Shown: positions 23,771-38,151 of the stretch, one piece after another
Layout: every line of letters begins with the position of its first letter
Numbering within the stretch: the stretch's first letter is position 1
Assembly (NCBI GenBank): GCA_951406725.2
Contig: OX597814.1
Span: forward strand, 99,882,001-99,946,000
DNA from: Octopus vulgaris
Lineage: Eukaryota
Reading direction: 5' to 3'
Length of the DNA stretch: 64,000 nucleotides
Made by a program: the position numbers and the translations under genes
Notes under the pieces: model-generated
What the model was told of the DNA's origin: nothing
Database searches by the model: none
The model's input: only the letters and a program-made list of their open reading frames with translations

Positions 23771-24946
23771 TATTTATTGTCTAACGCTTGAGATACACTA
23801 CAGTGCCAGTTGTTCACTACCAATGAACTAAGATAACACCCCTTATTTTTCGAACGCCATCTGGAGTATTCGGGCTGTTCCAAGCAGTGCTGTTTTCTGC
23901 AAGTGCTCAATCCTTATTGCAGCCCATATTTTTTCCATGTACTTCTCAAGATTATTACTCACTGTTCCCAGGACTCCGACAATTATTGGTACTACTACCA
24001 TCTTTTTCAGCGATCACAACTACATAACCTCCCAAGCTAAACTGTCACGCCTATCGACTTTTCTTTCTTCCTTATCGCATACCTTGCGGTCAGCTGGGCA
24101 TGCTATATCTTCGATTCAGTATTGTTTGCTTTCTTTCTCAATTTCTGTTTCCTATTCTCTATCTCATGGTGGCACTGAATCATAAAATCCCATAGGATCT
24201 TTGCATTATCATTTTCAATGATGCTTTCGGGTTTATGTTTTTAACACTTTTTTGCTCTGTCAACTCCATACTTGCTGCAAAGTGTCCAATGGACAATACT
24301 TGCTATATTGTCATGACGTCTCTTATATTCTTTCTGGGCTAGTGGCGTACATTGAGTGGTAATATGCCATACGGTTTCACAGTTTTGGCCACAAATTTTG
24401 CAATTATCACCTTCTAGTGTGTTGTCTATGCTGTATCTGATGTAGTTGGTTCTTAATGCTTACTCTTGGGCAGCACAGATTAGAGCCTCCATTTCCGGTT
24501 TTAAATCCCTTTTAGTTATCAATAGACATCTTTTTTCTCTGTCTTATCTTCAAAATCCCTATGAAATTGTCCCTGCATTATTTTCATTACCCACCTATTT
24601 TCAGTTTTATTCATTCTCAAGTGCTTGTACAGTGCAATCTTCAATCCTACACAAGCCTGACCTTCTTACTTCCAATAATAGTGGTTCTGTGGATGTTTTT
24701 TTTACATATTATGTTATGTTATTTCCTTCTGCTCTAACGTTATGTTCGCAGCCAATCAGTCCTCTTTCCCCTCTTTTTCTTGGTACATACAGTCTGTCTG
24801 TGTCACCTTTTGGATAAAGTATCCCATATCTAGTCAGCACCTTCCTTGTCTTTCTGTCTAAGCAGTTTAGTTCGTCTACTATCCATGCGATTACCCCCGC
24901 TCCATATCTAAGTAGTGAAACCGCCCAGGTGTTGATAGCTTCAACC
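23771..24946 (-). mobile_element. 5'-truncated R4/Dong-clade non-LTR retrotransposon (RLE endonuclease), decayed
   Basis: Peptides AINTWAVSLLRY, LDRKTRK, DRLYVPRKRGERGL, CAAQE.ALRTNY, CKICGQNCETVWHI..C (CCHC), RRHDN, KILWDF, DIACP, VPIIVGVLG and LQKTALLGTARIL. Flanked on both sides by (TAA)n. Confidence 0.9.
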
Positions 24947-24996
24947 ATCATTATTATTATTATTATTGTTGTTCTTGTTCTTGTTATTATTATTAC

Positions 24997-25045
<49 letters not shown>

Positions 25046-25048
<3 letters not shown>

Positions 25049-25194
25049 TAGTTTTATTTTTATAGCGTGCTTTCACTTCACTACCGAGCGCAGCTCTGTG
25101 TGCCTTGGGTATGTGCTGTGATTTGTTGTGATGCTCTGATGGTTATTGTATGGAAAGTGTTCTGCGTAGGATGTGTGCAGTGCCTAGTAGTGCA
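25046..25194 (-). mobile_element. 3'-terminal fragment of a second R4/Dong family
   Basis: Encodes ALLGTAHILRRTLSIQ* plus a distinct 3' UTR, embedded in (TAA)n on both sides. Confidence 0.8.
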
Positions 25195-25284
<90 letters not shown>

Positions 25285-25357
25285 TATTATTTGAAAAAGA
25301 TATCTTAGAATTTGTAGGATTAAGTTGGATCCGTTAATAATAATAATAAAAAGAAAA

Positions 25358-25440
25358 ATAGCCTGAGGAACACTGGTGGATTTATGTATTCGGTATAACC
25401 TGGTAAAACAAACCACCAGGGTAGAAACACGTGTAGCGTT
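25358..25440 (+). ncRNA. Hammerhead-like motif with long stem II
   Basis: CUGAGGA at 25363, stem II arms CUGGUGG/CCACCAG, GAAAC at 25424, palindromic ACACGUGU stem III, GUA triplet. Stem I is weak. Confidence 0.6.
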
Positions 25441-26086
25441 GATTTATATTATCTTCTTTCCCCACAGACTAATAGCAGGTAAGGTATATATATATGTTTA
25501 AAAAATATGTTTAAATAATTTTGAATTAATTCTTTTGTATTATAATATATTTTACGTTATAGTAGGCTTTAAAACGCTTATATTATTAGGTTAGTATTTT
25601 GGAAATGACTTTCCATGTGTACTCCAGAAAATAAGGTTGTCTTGAAATTGAAGTTGTGGTCCTATTGGTAAAATCCCAAATTTGTAATAATATATGATAA
25701 GACACATGCATATCACTTGGCCTCTAAGGTCTCTTTAGCGGATCCCACTCCGTTACCAGTGCATAGACCAAGTTTCCAGTTTGAGGTTAATTTGGTCTCT
25801 CCTTCCCACCTCGTGAAACTTTGGGCTAGTGCTTTAACTATCACCCGCACCGACCAAGTCGGTTTGTGAATGGATTTGGTAGATGGAAACTGAAAGAGAC
25901 CCATCCTAAATATGTGCATGTAAGTCTATTTGTTTGTTTGTGTTGCGTTTGCCCCTTCCCCACCGCTTGACAACAAATAAAAATAAAAGATGAAAAAGAA
26001 AAGACAGACAGACACACATTTATACGTAGGTGATGTCGACACACAAGCGCACGCGTATATATGCATATATATAGAGAGTGAGTGAA

Positions 26087-26122
<36 letters not shown>

Positions 26123-27134
26123 TGGGACGCGATAGATGGGAATAGAAAGACTGTAAGAGAGGCAGGAGGAAAATAGAGATGCCGTGCTAAAGGGAAGAAT
26201 ATTCTCTTTACTGACACTATTGTGAGGAAATAAAAAGAAAACACGATTATAAAAGGTAGATATTTAGCTACGAAAGAATGTTCTCAATATATCTAACTGT
26301 CTTGTAATACAATGCCAATTAGGATGGTGAAATGGAATTCTTCTAAATAACGATGCATTCCTATATTTTTAAGACCAATCGACAATTGTCAAGATTTGCA
26401 GTTATAGAAACGTGGGAAACTCTCGTGAAAAGTGAGCTGCCATATATAGTACATCTTGAAAGTACACCAGAAGAAAATATTTCTCTTCATAAGTGAGGCA
26501 CTAATAATCCTCTTCAAGGTTGCACACTCATAGTTTTTGTTCTTTCTTGTAATATTGATCTGCATTATGTAGCTGTGCCTATTTCCTTCACAAGCCTTTC
26601 GAAATGAGTGGTGGCTCTTGAAAAATTGTGAGCAGATATTACAGTGGAATGCAGCTGTGAGGGGCTAATGCAGGTCCTGAGTGTTAGATAAACAACAGGA
26701 AACAAGAAAAGGAGATACGAATGAGTCGGGAATGTCTGAATGGTTGTTGCACTCACATTATAGTGTCTACGGGGAAGAGACACAATTGAAAGCCATTGCT
26801 ATAGCAGACGATAAAGTAGAGACTGAAGACAGCATGTGTGTTATCTTGTGATGTTAAGTAACTTTCATACACATTAGTCAGCTTGCTTTTCCGTAGATGC
26901 GGTCAATTATATTTCTATCTTCCAATTACATACTGCCCTATCAATATAGGAGAAACAATGATCTTTGTAGTCCTACTGATATAAAACCACTCAAGATCAT
27001 CCCTATTGGATTGGAGTCCATTGTAGATATGCCTAATCAGAATCATTATGTCGGATAGAAACAACATGTTTTGCAGCTTGATACTAAAATATTACATGTA
27101 GATATTATGTATGTCTTGAAATTCATTTCAAACT

Positions 27135-27556
27135 TTGGCACAAGCTCAGCAATTCGTGTGGAGGGCGCTAGTCGATTACATAAACCCCCAGTTCTCAGCT
27201 TGTACTTATTTTTATCAACAAGGAAATATCAAAGGCAAAGTCAACCTCGGCGGAGTTTGAGCTCACCGCATAAAGACGGACGAAATTTCGATAAGTATGT
27301 CCAGCGTGTTCACGATTCTGCCAGCGCGCTACTTTATATATGCTCTAATATTGATTTTTTAAAATTGACAAACGTCAACAATTTCATGTGAGTGGGTTAG
27401 TCGATTACATCGCTCTCAGTACACAACTGGTACTTATTTTATCGACCCCGAAAGGATGAAAAACAAAGTCGAACTCGGCCGAGTTTGAACACAGACCGTA
27501 AAGACGGTCCAAACACCGCTAAGTATTTTATCAGCACGCTAACGATTCAACCAGCT
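27135..27556 (-). mobile_element. Two diverged SINE family B copies
   Basis: ~27135-27328 and ~27390-27556 both match family B on the minus strand. Confidence 0.75.
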
Positions 27557-27562
27557 TGTCTA

Positions 27563-27629
<67 letters not shown>

Positions 27630-28329
27630 GTTTTATATAAATCTATTAAAACCTTCACGCAAAGTTGGGATGTTTATTCATTTTGATTCATTTTTCTTCT
27701 CTTTTTTAGTCAGTAGAGGAATAATCTTTAAAGTTTTTACCTTATTACACAGACAACCCATGCGTCAACTATTCGTATTGATATTCATTTCGATGAAATA
27801 AAGTCGAGGACAACTGGACGAAAATGATTGCATAATTGGTGTAGTTCCTGAAGAGCATGGTTCGTATGATCTCCTGTTGTGGGCAAACAAAATACATATC
27901 ATTGACTGTATGGTTGTATATGTATATATGCGCGCGCGCGTGTCAGTGTCTGTCTGTGTCTGTGATTATGTCTGTGTGTGTATAGACACAAACACACACA
28001 TATGCACATTTATATTTGAGTTTATGTGAGTGTGCGTTTGCGCGTGCTAAACTACATAGCGTTTAAATTTTCAAAGTTTTCCGTGTTTGGATGTTGTAAA
28101 TTTCTACCTGGTAAACGGAAAAATCTGTTGATAAAGCACTAGATTTTAGACAAAATGCAGTAAAGAAACTGCTTTTCTCATTTGCAGATGACTCATTCCA
28201 GATAAAAAAAAAGAATCAAGTCTTCGACATAAGTATGGGATGCAATGAAAAGGAAGGGGCGTACGAGGTAATAGGACTATGGAAATATAAAAAAAATTAA
28301 ACTGCCTCATACATCCGGTATAAAACTAT

Positions 28330-29090
28330 ATAGTTTGACGGCCTATTCCCTTAATATTAACGGGCATAATCTCAGAGTCGACCTTATATCAAAGAACCAA
28401 ACAACCTAACAAGCAACTAATTTTAGTAAATTACCCAGTGATTGCAATAAACCTAACAACGAGAAAATGCTATCCTCACTAAACTAGATTTCTTATTCAT
28501 ATAAACATTCACTCAAAACGTACAAAATTGATTAAATAGTCAACTGTATAAGCCGGCATATCTCTATATTATTGGTTGAAATATATATTCGAGAACGATT
28601 CACTAGGTTGCAATGGTGTCTTGAAAGCAGGCGGTGTCAAACAAAAATTAAAATACACATACAAGGTCAAGCAAACGAACAACAAATAATATAAAGCGGA
28701 GAAATAAATATTACCTGCTCAAATACACCCTTTATCCTAAATATAGATACAAACTTCCTATCACTAAACACCAAATACTTCCCAGCCAAACGTGAATACC
28801 GCAAAGTATTCAATTATAACTATAGAAAATTTAGCCACAGATGTATATGTGCATAAACCCATAGGAATACGCAACACAAATATACGAAAACACGGTATTT
28901 AGGCGAAGATCAATGCAACTTCAGCATTATATTTAAACTCTTGACCATTATGTTTAATCTCCCTAAAATATCATAGAGTATCAAGCAGCAGTATCGCTAG
29001 AGAAACAGATAATAAAAAACTTTATAGACTCTCCTGATGAACTATTTAAAGATTATATAGGCAAGAAATAGACTCATTCTAAAACACCTA
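28330..29090 (+). pseudogene. Highly decayed Penelope-like element fragment (post-RT thumb/linker region)
   Basis: Broken-frame peptides such as VLKAGGVKQKLKY, RRN.IT..N.PF and TKYFPAKREYRKVFN...KFS resemble the PLE linker consensus (RNIIWFNPP..KHFP..KIFN). A CTGATGA..GAAA remnant follows at ~29034-29080. Confidence 0.55.
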
Positions 29091-29180
29091 CCAAAGATAT
29101 GCCATATCCTTCTCTATGTATGAAAAACTGCATAAACACAATGTAAGAGACGCTGTCTTCTCTTATATAAATGCACTATA

Positions 29181-29330
29181 CGAGGTCGGATTCCAAAATC
29201 AGTAGGAACGCTGTGACTGGTGCATTCCTGAGCAAGGTTACTATTTCGAAGGAGATGATGTTAAAGCTTAGATAAACAAGTTAATTTTTGTTAAACATTA
29301 CTATTCCTGGAACATATTGATGCCACTTCG
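29181..29330 (+). mobile_element. Mariner-derived MITE (~150 bp)
   Basis: TA|CGAGGT...CACTTCG|TA termini. The interior encodes a mariner C-terminus, CIPEQGYYFEGD. Confidence 0.7.
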
Positions 29331-30725
29331 TATAAAAACACAACATAGTCAAACATAGCTTGCAAAAGAAATGTGGTCATCCAGCTCTACATCTCTAAAA
29401 TAAATTCATCATCAAAAATCGTCTTAGAAAAGAATATATAGTCAATAATGCAGTAACCGCAATAAGGGCAGTGAAAATGCGATGATATCAATGACAACAA
29501 AACTGTAGTAGCGTCCACTCTACCTTACATCTAATAGAGAAAATCACACACTCATGAAGTCACTTAATTACAGAATAAAACTACAAACAGTTGACTCAAC
29601 GTGCGGAACCAAACTCGTATTATACAGATTGGAATATTATATATGCATAGGAAAAGTACATGATCAACCAAAACCACTTAACTATAAAATAATCAAGTAG
29701 TTGGACATTCGGTCAACAATTCTAACCACCAAAACCTCTAGACTATTAAAACTAAAACGATTCATATCACCAAATTCTATACTGTACCTGTAATCCTGTA
29801 CTCACCAAAGTTACATTTGAGGCTGGTAAAGTGCATATGGACCTGATCGAGGTATATCAAATCATGGAGAAATATTCATATTCATTATTTGGAACTAGAA
29901 TTGTTGTCTCAAGAAAATTTCCTCGTTTGTAGAAATCGTTGATTCTTTCATTCAAAGCATATTACATTCACTAGTTGCACCGTCATCCTAATGAAATCCT
30001 CGAAAGACCCTCATGATTCTTTGAGACAGAGAGCGATAGAGAAAAAAGACAGAAAGAATAAGAAAAAGGAAGTTAATAAGTTTGCATGGATCGATGATTC
30101 GATCTTCTACCCGGACAGCGAACCGAGAAAACACTAGTCTTTATTTGTCACAGTCATTCAATTGCGTCCTTAGTAAATATACTTATTACTCATTGACAAA
30201 CTTCATTTAACAGTAAGTAAACAGCAAAAGCTGGTATTGTTAAGCAAAAACAGACATCAGCAGAATTGTTAGCCTTAGCAATACGGGTCAACGACAAGCT
30301 CAAACGCAACTGGTCGGTCAGTTAGAAAAAGCAGGAAAGTCTTTCTTTTTCACACTACACAATACATATCTTAAAACAAAGGGACAAACATTCTTAAATG
30401 TTATAAAGATGGTTGACCTGAAAACGAAGCATGTTGACCACGGAGGGAAAGCGTTTGAATAGAAATATATCTGCTCTCTCATAGTCCATCAAGGGCTATA
30501 CAGGGAAAGCTAAGTAATATTTCGTTGGCTGTCGGTGCAATACTCAACCCAACTTAGTAGTGAGAGTGAAGAATAAAAACAGAAGGGCGTGATATTGATA
30601 GTGTAATAACTTAAATCGGATTTTACGCTTAACTCTTCTCACTGACTCAATACATACACGACACGGAATAGTGGAATATCATTGTGTATAAGGGTACGTG
30701 GGTGTTTGTGTATGTATGCATATTA

Positions 30726-30781
<56 letters not shown>

Positions 30782-31383
30782 CACACACACACACACATAT
30801 ATATATATGACATAGGGAGGAAGAAAGAGGGAAGAGGTGAAAGGAGAGAAGTAGAGAAAGGGAGAGAAGGAGAGAGGGATAGTGGAGAGCGGGGGCGTTT
30901 ATTGAAAGAGAAATCAGAACATTAGATTGAACGAAACAACGCGTGAATGAAACAGAGCAAAAAAGGTGATCAAAAGAATATAAGGCGTCGAAGTTTTGTT
31001 ATTGTGGATCGTCGACAACAAAGAAAAAGTTAAGAGAAAGGGTGTGTCGAGAAATCACCAAGAGTTTAGTCCGTCTTGATAAAGAAAAAATGTATATGCT
31101 GTATATTTAAATGTGTGTTTGTGTGTGCGTGTGTGCGTATGTGTGTGTTCTAAACCAGATTTAAGAATAACAACAGGACAATTAGTGAGGTGGCGGCACA
31201 ATGCTAAAATATATGTATTATATACATATATGTGTTGTATACATATATACAATATATAGCATTCATTGCATTATACATGAATATATATGTATATATAAAT
31301 ATCTATATTCATATTTATGTGTGGGGGTATGATGTGAAGCCAAGCGCCTTCACATCATATATAAACATAAGTGTGTGTGTGCA

Positions 31384-31441
<58 letters not shown>

Positions 31442-32209
31442 TGTATTATGAAGCAACTCTATAAACTAACAACAGAGCAATTAGTGAGTTGGCGTCACAA
31501 TACCAAAAACATATCAAAGGCTTTTCACAACTGTTAAAGAGGATCTCAACATCTGCAAGAAGAAAGTCCCTATTGAAAGCGAAATATAGAGAAATATAAA
31601 AAGCAAACAAACGAAATAAAGGGGTTTTGTTTCGTTATCTATGCATGAAAATGTTTCCGCGCCGATATATCCAAGAGAAAATTAGGCCGATATAGTTTGA
31701 CACCAGTGACCCAAAACACGTTACTGTTAGAATGCAGAGACCCAGAACAGGGAACTCAAGGCATTTTTGCCAACATGGATTGGAACATTTTTCATCGAAT
31801 TAGAAAGCCACAGCTCCAGAGAATTGCACCAACAGTGAAGAGGCTCGGAACAACAGCAGCAGAGCATACATTCTGATGCTCAAGGAAAAGAAGGAAGGCA
31901 AAAGAGTGACAGTCACACGGGTATATAGAAAAAACTTACTTGCTAATACAAATTCGGTGTGTGTTGCCACAAATTCTCTGCCTCTCCGTCCTTTTGGATA
32001 ATTTTAAAACGTTACTCACTATTTTCGTCTTCTTGGCCCTAATGCCATATTCTTCTCGACTGTTCGTCCTTGTCCACCGTCCTAAATCACACACTGTGTC
32101 ATTTTGCTTTACTTTGTTTTGTTTTGTTTGCTCTCGGCTGTGAATTCTCCGCAGAAATAATTTCTTTTTGCGGGTGCCTCCAGTTGCTAAGCTCTCACTC
32201 TTATCATTA

Positions 32210-32267
32210 AAGGTGCGAAACTGAGTATTAGCAATTAGTTGATAACTGATGAAGAATTAGGGACCTT
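32210..32267 (+). ncRNA. Type II topology hammerhead-like motif
   Basis: AAGGUGC-GAAAC-UGA-GUA-[UUAGCAAUU/AGUUGAUAA hairpin]-CUGAUGA-AGAAUUAG-GGACCUU. Confidence 0.45.
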
Positions 32268-32344
32268 CTGTGTTTTTCTCCCGTCCAGTTTTACACTCAG
32301 TATATGTTAAGTCGTGTGTTTATTTACCATACATTATATGATAG

Positions 32345-32518
32345 ATCGGTAGCCACTACACACATTTTTTTCTCTCCTTGTTTTTTTCTATGGCCCTTTC
32401 TGTAGAAGAGCATAGGCTCGAAACGTAAAAGTCTTTTTCAATTCCTGAGCGTTATACTAATACATCTGTCTGTTTTGCACACCACCTGTCTTCGTCTTTT
32501 GTTTTTTTCGTGAACTCT

Positions 32519-32522
<4 letters not shown>
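32345..32522 (+). mobile_element. Solo 3' pLTR fragment of a related PLE subfamily with hammerhead (32396-32431)
   Basis: Homologous to the reverse complement of 17890-18090. Reads CUUU-CUGUAGA-A-GAGC-AUAG-GCUC-GAAA-C-GUA-AAAG and ends in (TA)n. Confidence 0.85.
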
Positions 32523-32554
<32 letters not shown>

Positions 32555-32849
32555 TTATGATATTTAAATACTGATCCTATCAGGTAGCCAGCATGGGAAT
32601 AAAAACCTTCAAACGAAATAATCATAATTAAAATTATAATTTAGGGTATCTAAGAGATACCATCACGCTGAAATAGCAGGCAAAACTTGACTCTGAAACC
32701 ACATTAAATGTTCATACAGCACCAGGAGAGAAGACAATGAACTCTTCAATTAGTTTTTATTTGTTCGTTTTAATTCGTTTTTATTTGTTTTATTCGTTTA
32801 TTTGAATCGACTATATATTCATCCATCCATCCATCCATCCATCCATCGA

Positions 32850-32883
<34 letters not shown>

Positions 32884-33593
32884 CATATTTATACACACAC
32901 ACACATATATATATTGTGTGTGTGTGTGTGTGTGTTTGAATTTTTTCTCATTACCGCTTAGCAAATGGTAATGCTTTGTTTACCTGTGTAACTTAGTGGC
33001 CGGGAAAAGGGACAGGTAGAATAAGTACGAGCCTTACAAAAATAAGTACCGGAGCCAATTTGTTCGATTAAACCATTGAAAGTGGTGCCCCAGTATAGTC
33101 GCTGTCCAATGAGTTAAAGAAGCAGAAAGGAAAAAGAAACCTTCCACATTTTCTATATGCAGCCTTCTCAGATTTTCGCGTTTCATCTCTTATTCAATTT
33201 TTTAGTTCGTTATAACATGTGGTTTGTGCTTGATGAATATACGTTTGGGATATTTCTCAACTTATGAAGCTTTAGTATCACTTTAAGACATGTATTGCGT
33301 CTTTTAAATAATTATCTATCTCTCAACAGATGAAGTACTTTGAATTTTCCATCAGAGAACAGTACATTATTTATATATATATATATATAATTTTTATACT
33401 TTTTGGTTAGTTTAAAAAAAATTCAAAAAAAATTTAAAGTTAAAGATTTAATAATTTCAAATTTTAATAATTTAAATTTAAATTTTTATTTCTTATATAT
33501 ATATTGTTTATTATATTAATTATATTTACTTTTTATGTTTTGGTTTATGTCTATCACTGTTTGAGTTGCCTAATAGTGGTTGTATTACTAATT

Positions 33594-33633
<40 letters not shown>

Positions 33634-33710
33634 GGTGTATATATATGTATATATATGCATATATATGTATGTATATAATATATATACATGTGTGTGTATA
33701 TATATATATA

Positions 33711-33749
<39 letters not shown>

Positions 33750-34223
33750 GTATGTCTATATACATGTATATATATGTGTGTATATAAGTATGCGTATAAA
33801 CATATATATATATATGTCTATATACATGTATATATATGTGTGTATACAAGTATACGTATAGAGAGGGAACGTGTTATATGAGATATAGTGAGTTTATATT
33901 GCTCCTGATCATCGTATGTATGAGTGCATGCTTATCTATGCGTTTACACACGTACATGAATGAATAGGTGGGTGCGAATGTGTTTAGGTTAAAGTTAACG
34001 ATTTGTAGTAGACAATAAACCCGGAGACACCGTATTAAATGGGCGAAAGAAAAGTTACATTATGAATTAAAGGTGAATTACAGTATAAAACACTACGTTC
34101 TCGATACAATATGCCAACACCCAGAAACATATAGCCCAACAAAGATAATTTTGTAGAGAGAAAGTTATAGAAATGACACCATATACCTACCTACCTACCT
34201 ACCTACCTACCTGTCTACATACA

Positions 34224-34259
<36 letters not shown>

Positions 34260-34801
34260 TATGTGTGTGTGTGTATGTGTGTTGTGTGTATGTATATATA
34301 TATATCATAGACCGTGAGCGTGTATGTCTTTTGTTTAAAGAGGAAGTGGAAAATTATAATGCTCCAGAGAAAGTCGATTTATTGTTAACACGCTTCGCTG
34401 TGTCTTAAATACAACATATAACGGCCTTACATAAACATTCATTCATTCTTTTTAATATTTGTCTATATGTACACACAGACGCACACACGCACACACACAT
34501 ACATACACACATGCACACACACATATACATATACGTCTGTGTGTATGTGTAAGTGCCTGTGTGTATGGCAGTGCGTGTATATATATGTGTGTATGTGCGT
34601 ATACACACATACATGCATATATACATACAAACATAGACACTCACACACATACATACACACACACACATGTAAATACATAGATACATACATACATACATAT
34701 ATATATATACATATAAATCGTTTTAATATTTTACTTGTTCCAGACATTAGATACCAGTCATGCTGGGGCTCTGCCTTGAAATTTCAATCAAATTATATAT
34801 T

Positions 34802-34910
34802 TATTTCTTTACTACCCACAAGGGGCTAAACACAGAGGGGACAAACAAGGACAGACAAAGGGATTAAGTCGACTACATCGACCCCAGTGCGTAACTGGTA
34901 CTTTTAATCG
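34802..34910 (-). mobile_element. SINE family B 3' fragment
   Basis: TATTTCTTTACTACCCACAAGGGGCTAAACACAGAGGGGACAAACAAGGACAGAC is the reverse complement of the family B tail. Confidence 0.85.
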
Positions 34911-36110
34911 AATGAAACGTTTCCAATAGTTATCATTGCTATTCTTTTTTTCGTTGATTTCTCTCAAAGTTCTCTAATCATTTTACAATACATTTTTAAG
35001 AAAGGGAGAATGTGAAGGATAAGGGCATTCTAATTCAAATGTACAGACAGGGACTATGATTAGATCTGAATTTCGGGACCCGAAATGGTTTTAAGTTTCA
35101 AATTGCTATATTGTGTATTCATTTCATTCTTCATTTCGCAGTCCTTAGAAACATTTGTCGAAAATTAGTATGAAATCTCTGACACATTCTCTGCCATGAG
35201 GAGTTAGATTGACAGACGGGAATAAAATTCTTTGAACTATATCATATTTTCTTGAAGTAGTTGAGATTAAATGTTTTCTTGTCTGAAGCTTAGAGTTGCC
35301 TGCAAAGATGTTTATATCCAGCATTGAATGACAATATGATGTTATTTATGTAAATTATGAAGACCCCTGGAACCACCAACAAAACTGAGGTGAATACCAT
35401 TTTAGATGGAATAAAGAGGAAACGCAGAATTTCTATCTTCTGGTTAGCAGGAAACAATTCCATAAACACCAATGTTTTTTTTTAAATTTTAGACATAATA
35501 CTGTGGTAAATTCCAAGTTCCTGTATGTATAGTATATGTCTATATTTATGAACATTTTCGACAAAATGAAAATTTTATTAAAGTTACAAAAATCAACAGA
35601 CAATTAGTGCTTTAATCGCTATATTCAGTATGGAGTAAGATACAAGCTAAGGATTGGAAATGAGCCTATAACTTTGCTATTGCATATACTCTAACCGGTG
35701 GAGAATGGAATAGAGTCCATTTCTATGTGGTCACATAATATATTACTAATTGAAGAGATCAGTAGCAGTGAATCTAGTGACAGAATATTTCTCTAAAATT
35801 AATACAGTTACTGGATTGATCGTACAGTACTGTCGACATGTCATTGTAGGTCATTGACTTTCTTTTTATCGTGGATCTTTGAGCAAAAATAGTTTGCGGT
35901 TATATACATGTACTAGACGTACGCAATCACACACCGATACATATCTATATACATACACAACCACGCACATAACCGCTCGTGCCCCCAATGCTCACCTATG
36001 TATAAATGATAAGATTCTATATATCATGATAATCCGTTCCATTATAGGCCCATTCCATTATTGATATAAGTGTGATTGAGTGTGTGTGCGAGTTTGTTTG
36101 AGTGTGTGTG

Positions 36111-36141
<31 letters not shown>

Positions 36142-36378
36142 ATGTTCGTGTGAGGGAGAAAGAGCGAGCCTATAACAAAACACATAGTTGTTTAGTTGTA
36201 TTTTCTGTTTTTGAACACGGCGGACGCGATTCTGGTATGATTCACAGCAGAGAGGAGGTCTCCGCTGGCTTATGCACACACAAAGTTTGTTAATATATGC
36301 GCACGCATACATATAAGAATATAGTAACAGTAAATATTTATGCTTTGTTTTGTTCTTTAACATTTCTGTATGTATTCT

Positions 36379-36579
36379 TTTCTACTCTAGGCACAAGCCC
36401 CGGTATTTTTGGAGAGGGAGCCAATCGATTAGATCAACCTCAGTACGCAACTGGTACTTAATTTATCGAACCCGAAATGATGAAAGGCAAAGTCGACCTC
36501 GGCGGAATTTGAAATTAGAACGTAAAGACAGACGAAATACCTCTAAGCATTTCGCCCGGCGTTTCTGCCAGTTCGCCGC
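36379..36579 (-). mobile_element. SINE family B
   Basis: Reverse complement of family B (GAAAGGCAAAGTCGACCTCGGCGGAATTTGAA). Confidence 0.82.
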
Positions 36580-38151
36580 TTTCTCGCTCGCATTTCTGTA
36601 TATATTATCGGCCTTCACAAAAAGGCGTTCGCGCAAAACCTGTGCAGTGAACAAATCAGTTATAGTTAATCATTGAAAACTCAAGTACCTTTGGTGCAAT
36701 TTGCGATTCGAACTGACTTTTTCAAGTGCCAACTCCCATTGATTTGCTAAGTAGCCTTCAGTGACATCTTTATGCCCCTTTTCATCAGTGAATACCTGTT
36801 GTCTTAAGAATGTTCTCATAACGGACGATATGGGAGATTGACAGAGTTCAGTGAGTTTAATTGTCTTTGCTGTTCAAAAAGGGCCGGACAAAACTCGGCA
36901 TTTTTTTGTTGTTTTTCACATCATAAAATCTGTTCAAATTTTGGCACTTGAATTTTGATATGGAAATAATGAATATTTCTTTTGTTATGTTATTTTTACT
37001 TAAAGAAAACAAGAAAAACAAAGAAAAAAACATTTATTTGATGGTTTTCTTCTTTTATGCAAACGAGCATAATCTTACAAGGCTGAACTGGAAAATCATT
37101 CCGGAATTCTACTCTCACCACGCTCGTAGTTGGTGTACTAAATGAGAACTTGTTGACCGAACAATAGAGCTAGGGCATGGAATTATTTATAACCTCTTTC
37201 GATACGATTCGTATTCATTGTAGTCAAACAGAAGAAAAGTTAACGAATTAACCTCATAGCATGTTTCCAAAAATGGCGCTTTTGTTCAACGTATTTTAAG
37301 GAGAACAAAACCTACAAAACCAGTTTGATTGTGAATCTAACAATACTGGAACGTGGGGAACTATTTCGTCATAGAAAAAATACGATTGACACTGCAAGCG
37401 GTTCACTCATCTATGTATTTTCTTCTCAAACAATGTCATTATTTTTTTTTTTATTTGTTCAAAGATTAATACGACAGATTAGATTAAAATTCTCATGAAA
37501 CACTTCAAATAAAAAAAGCTCTTGTTGGTAATATTGCTTTACTTTGATTTTTTCTTCCAAATGATTTTTCAGCGATAAAAGAAATATATGAAAGACACAA
37601 ATATGTATGCTGAGTTCAGTTTCTAATATTGTGTTGTTTTGTGGGGAGAAAGATTAATGATGGTGAAAAGCGTTCTAGGTAGTGTCAGGAGCAAAACAGA
37701 CAGAAAACCCCCCCTGAGTGAGTGAGAATAAAGGCGAAGAAAGCAATATAACATAGAGGGTGGCTCTATCAGAACGTTGGTGGAAATAATGGGTTAAGTG
37801 GGAAAAAATAAAGGAAATAGAAGACGCAACAGTCAAAGAATATATGAAAATGTAAAACAATGAGGGTGTTGATTGTGTTATGAAAGAAAGTAACAATGAA
37901 GAAAATATGAGAGCGCGTAGGTTGAAAATTAGAAACTGAAGAGTATTTCGTTCAGTGTTGATATAAATGAAATGAGGAAATCACTGATAATTATTACGAG
38001 AATTCTATTATTGAAACTAATGTCAAAATTTTTCAGGTGGATTATTATGGATGACCATGTAAGCGGGTGTGCAGGCGTGTACATGTGCATACACACACGC
38101 ACACGCACACACACAAGCATATATATATATATATATATATAAATATATGTA

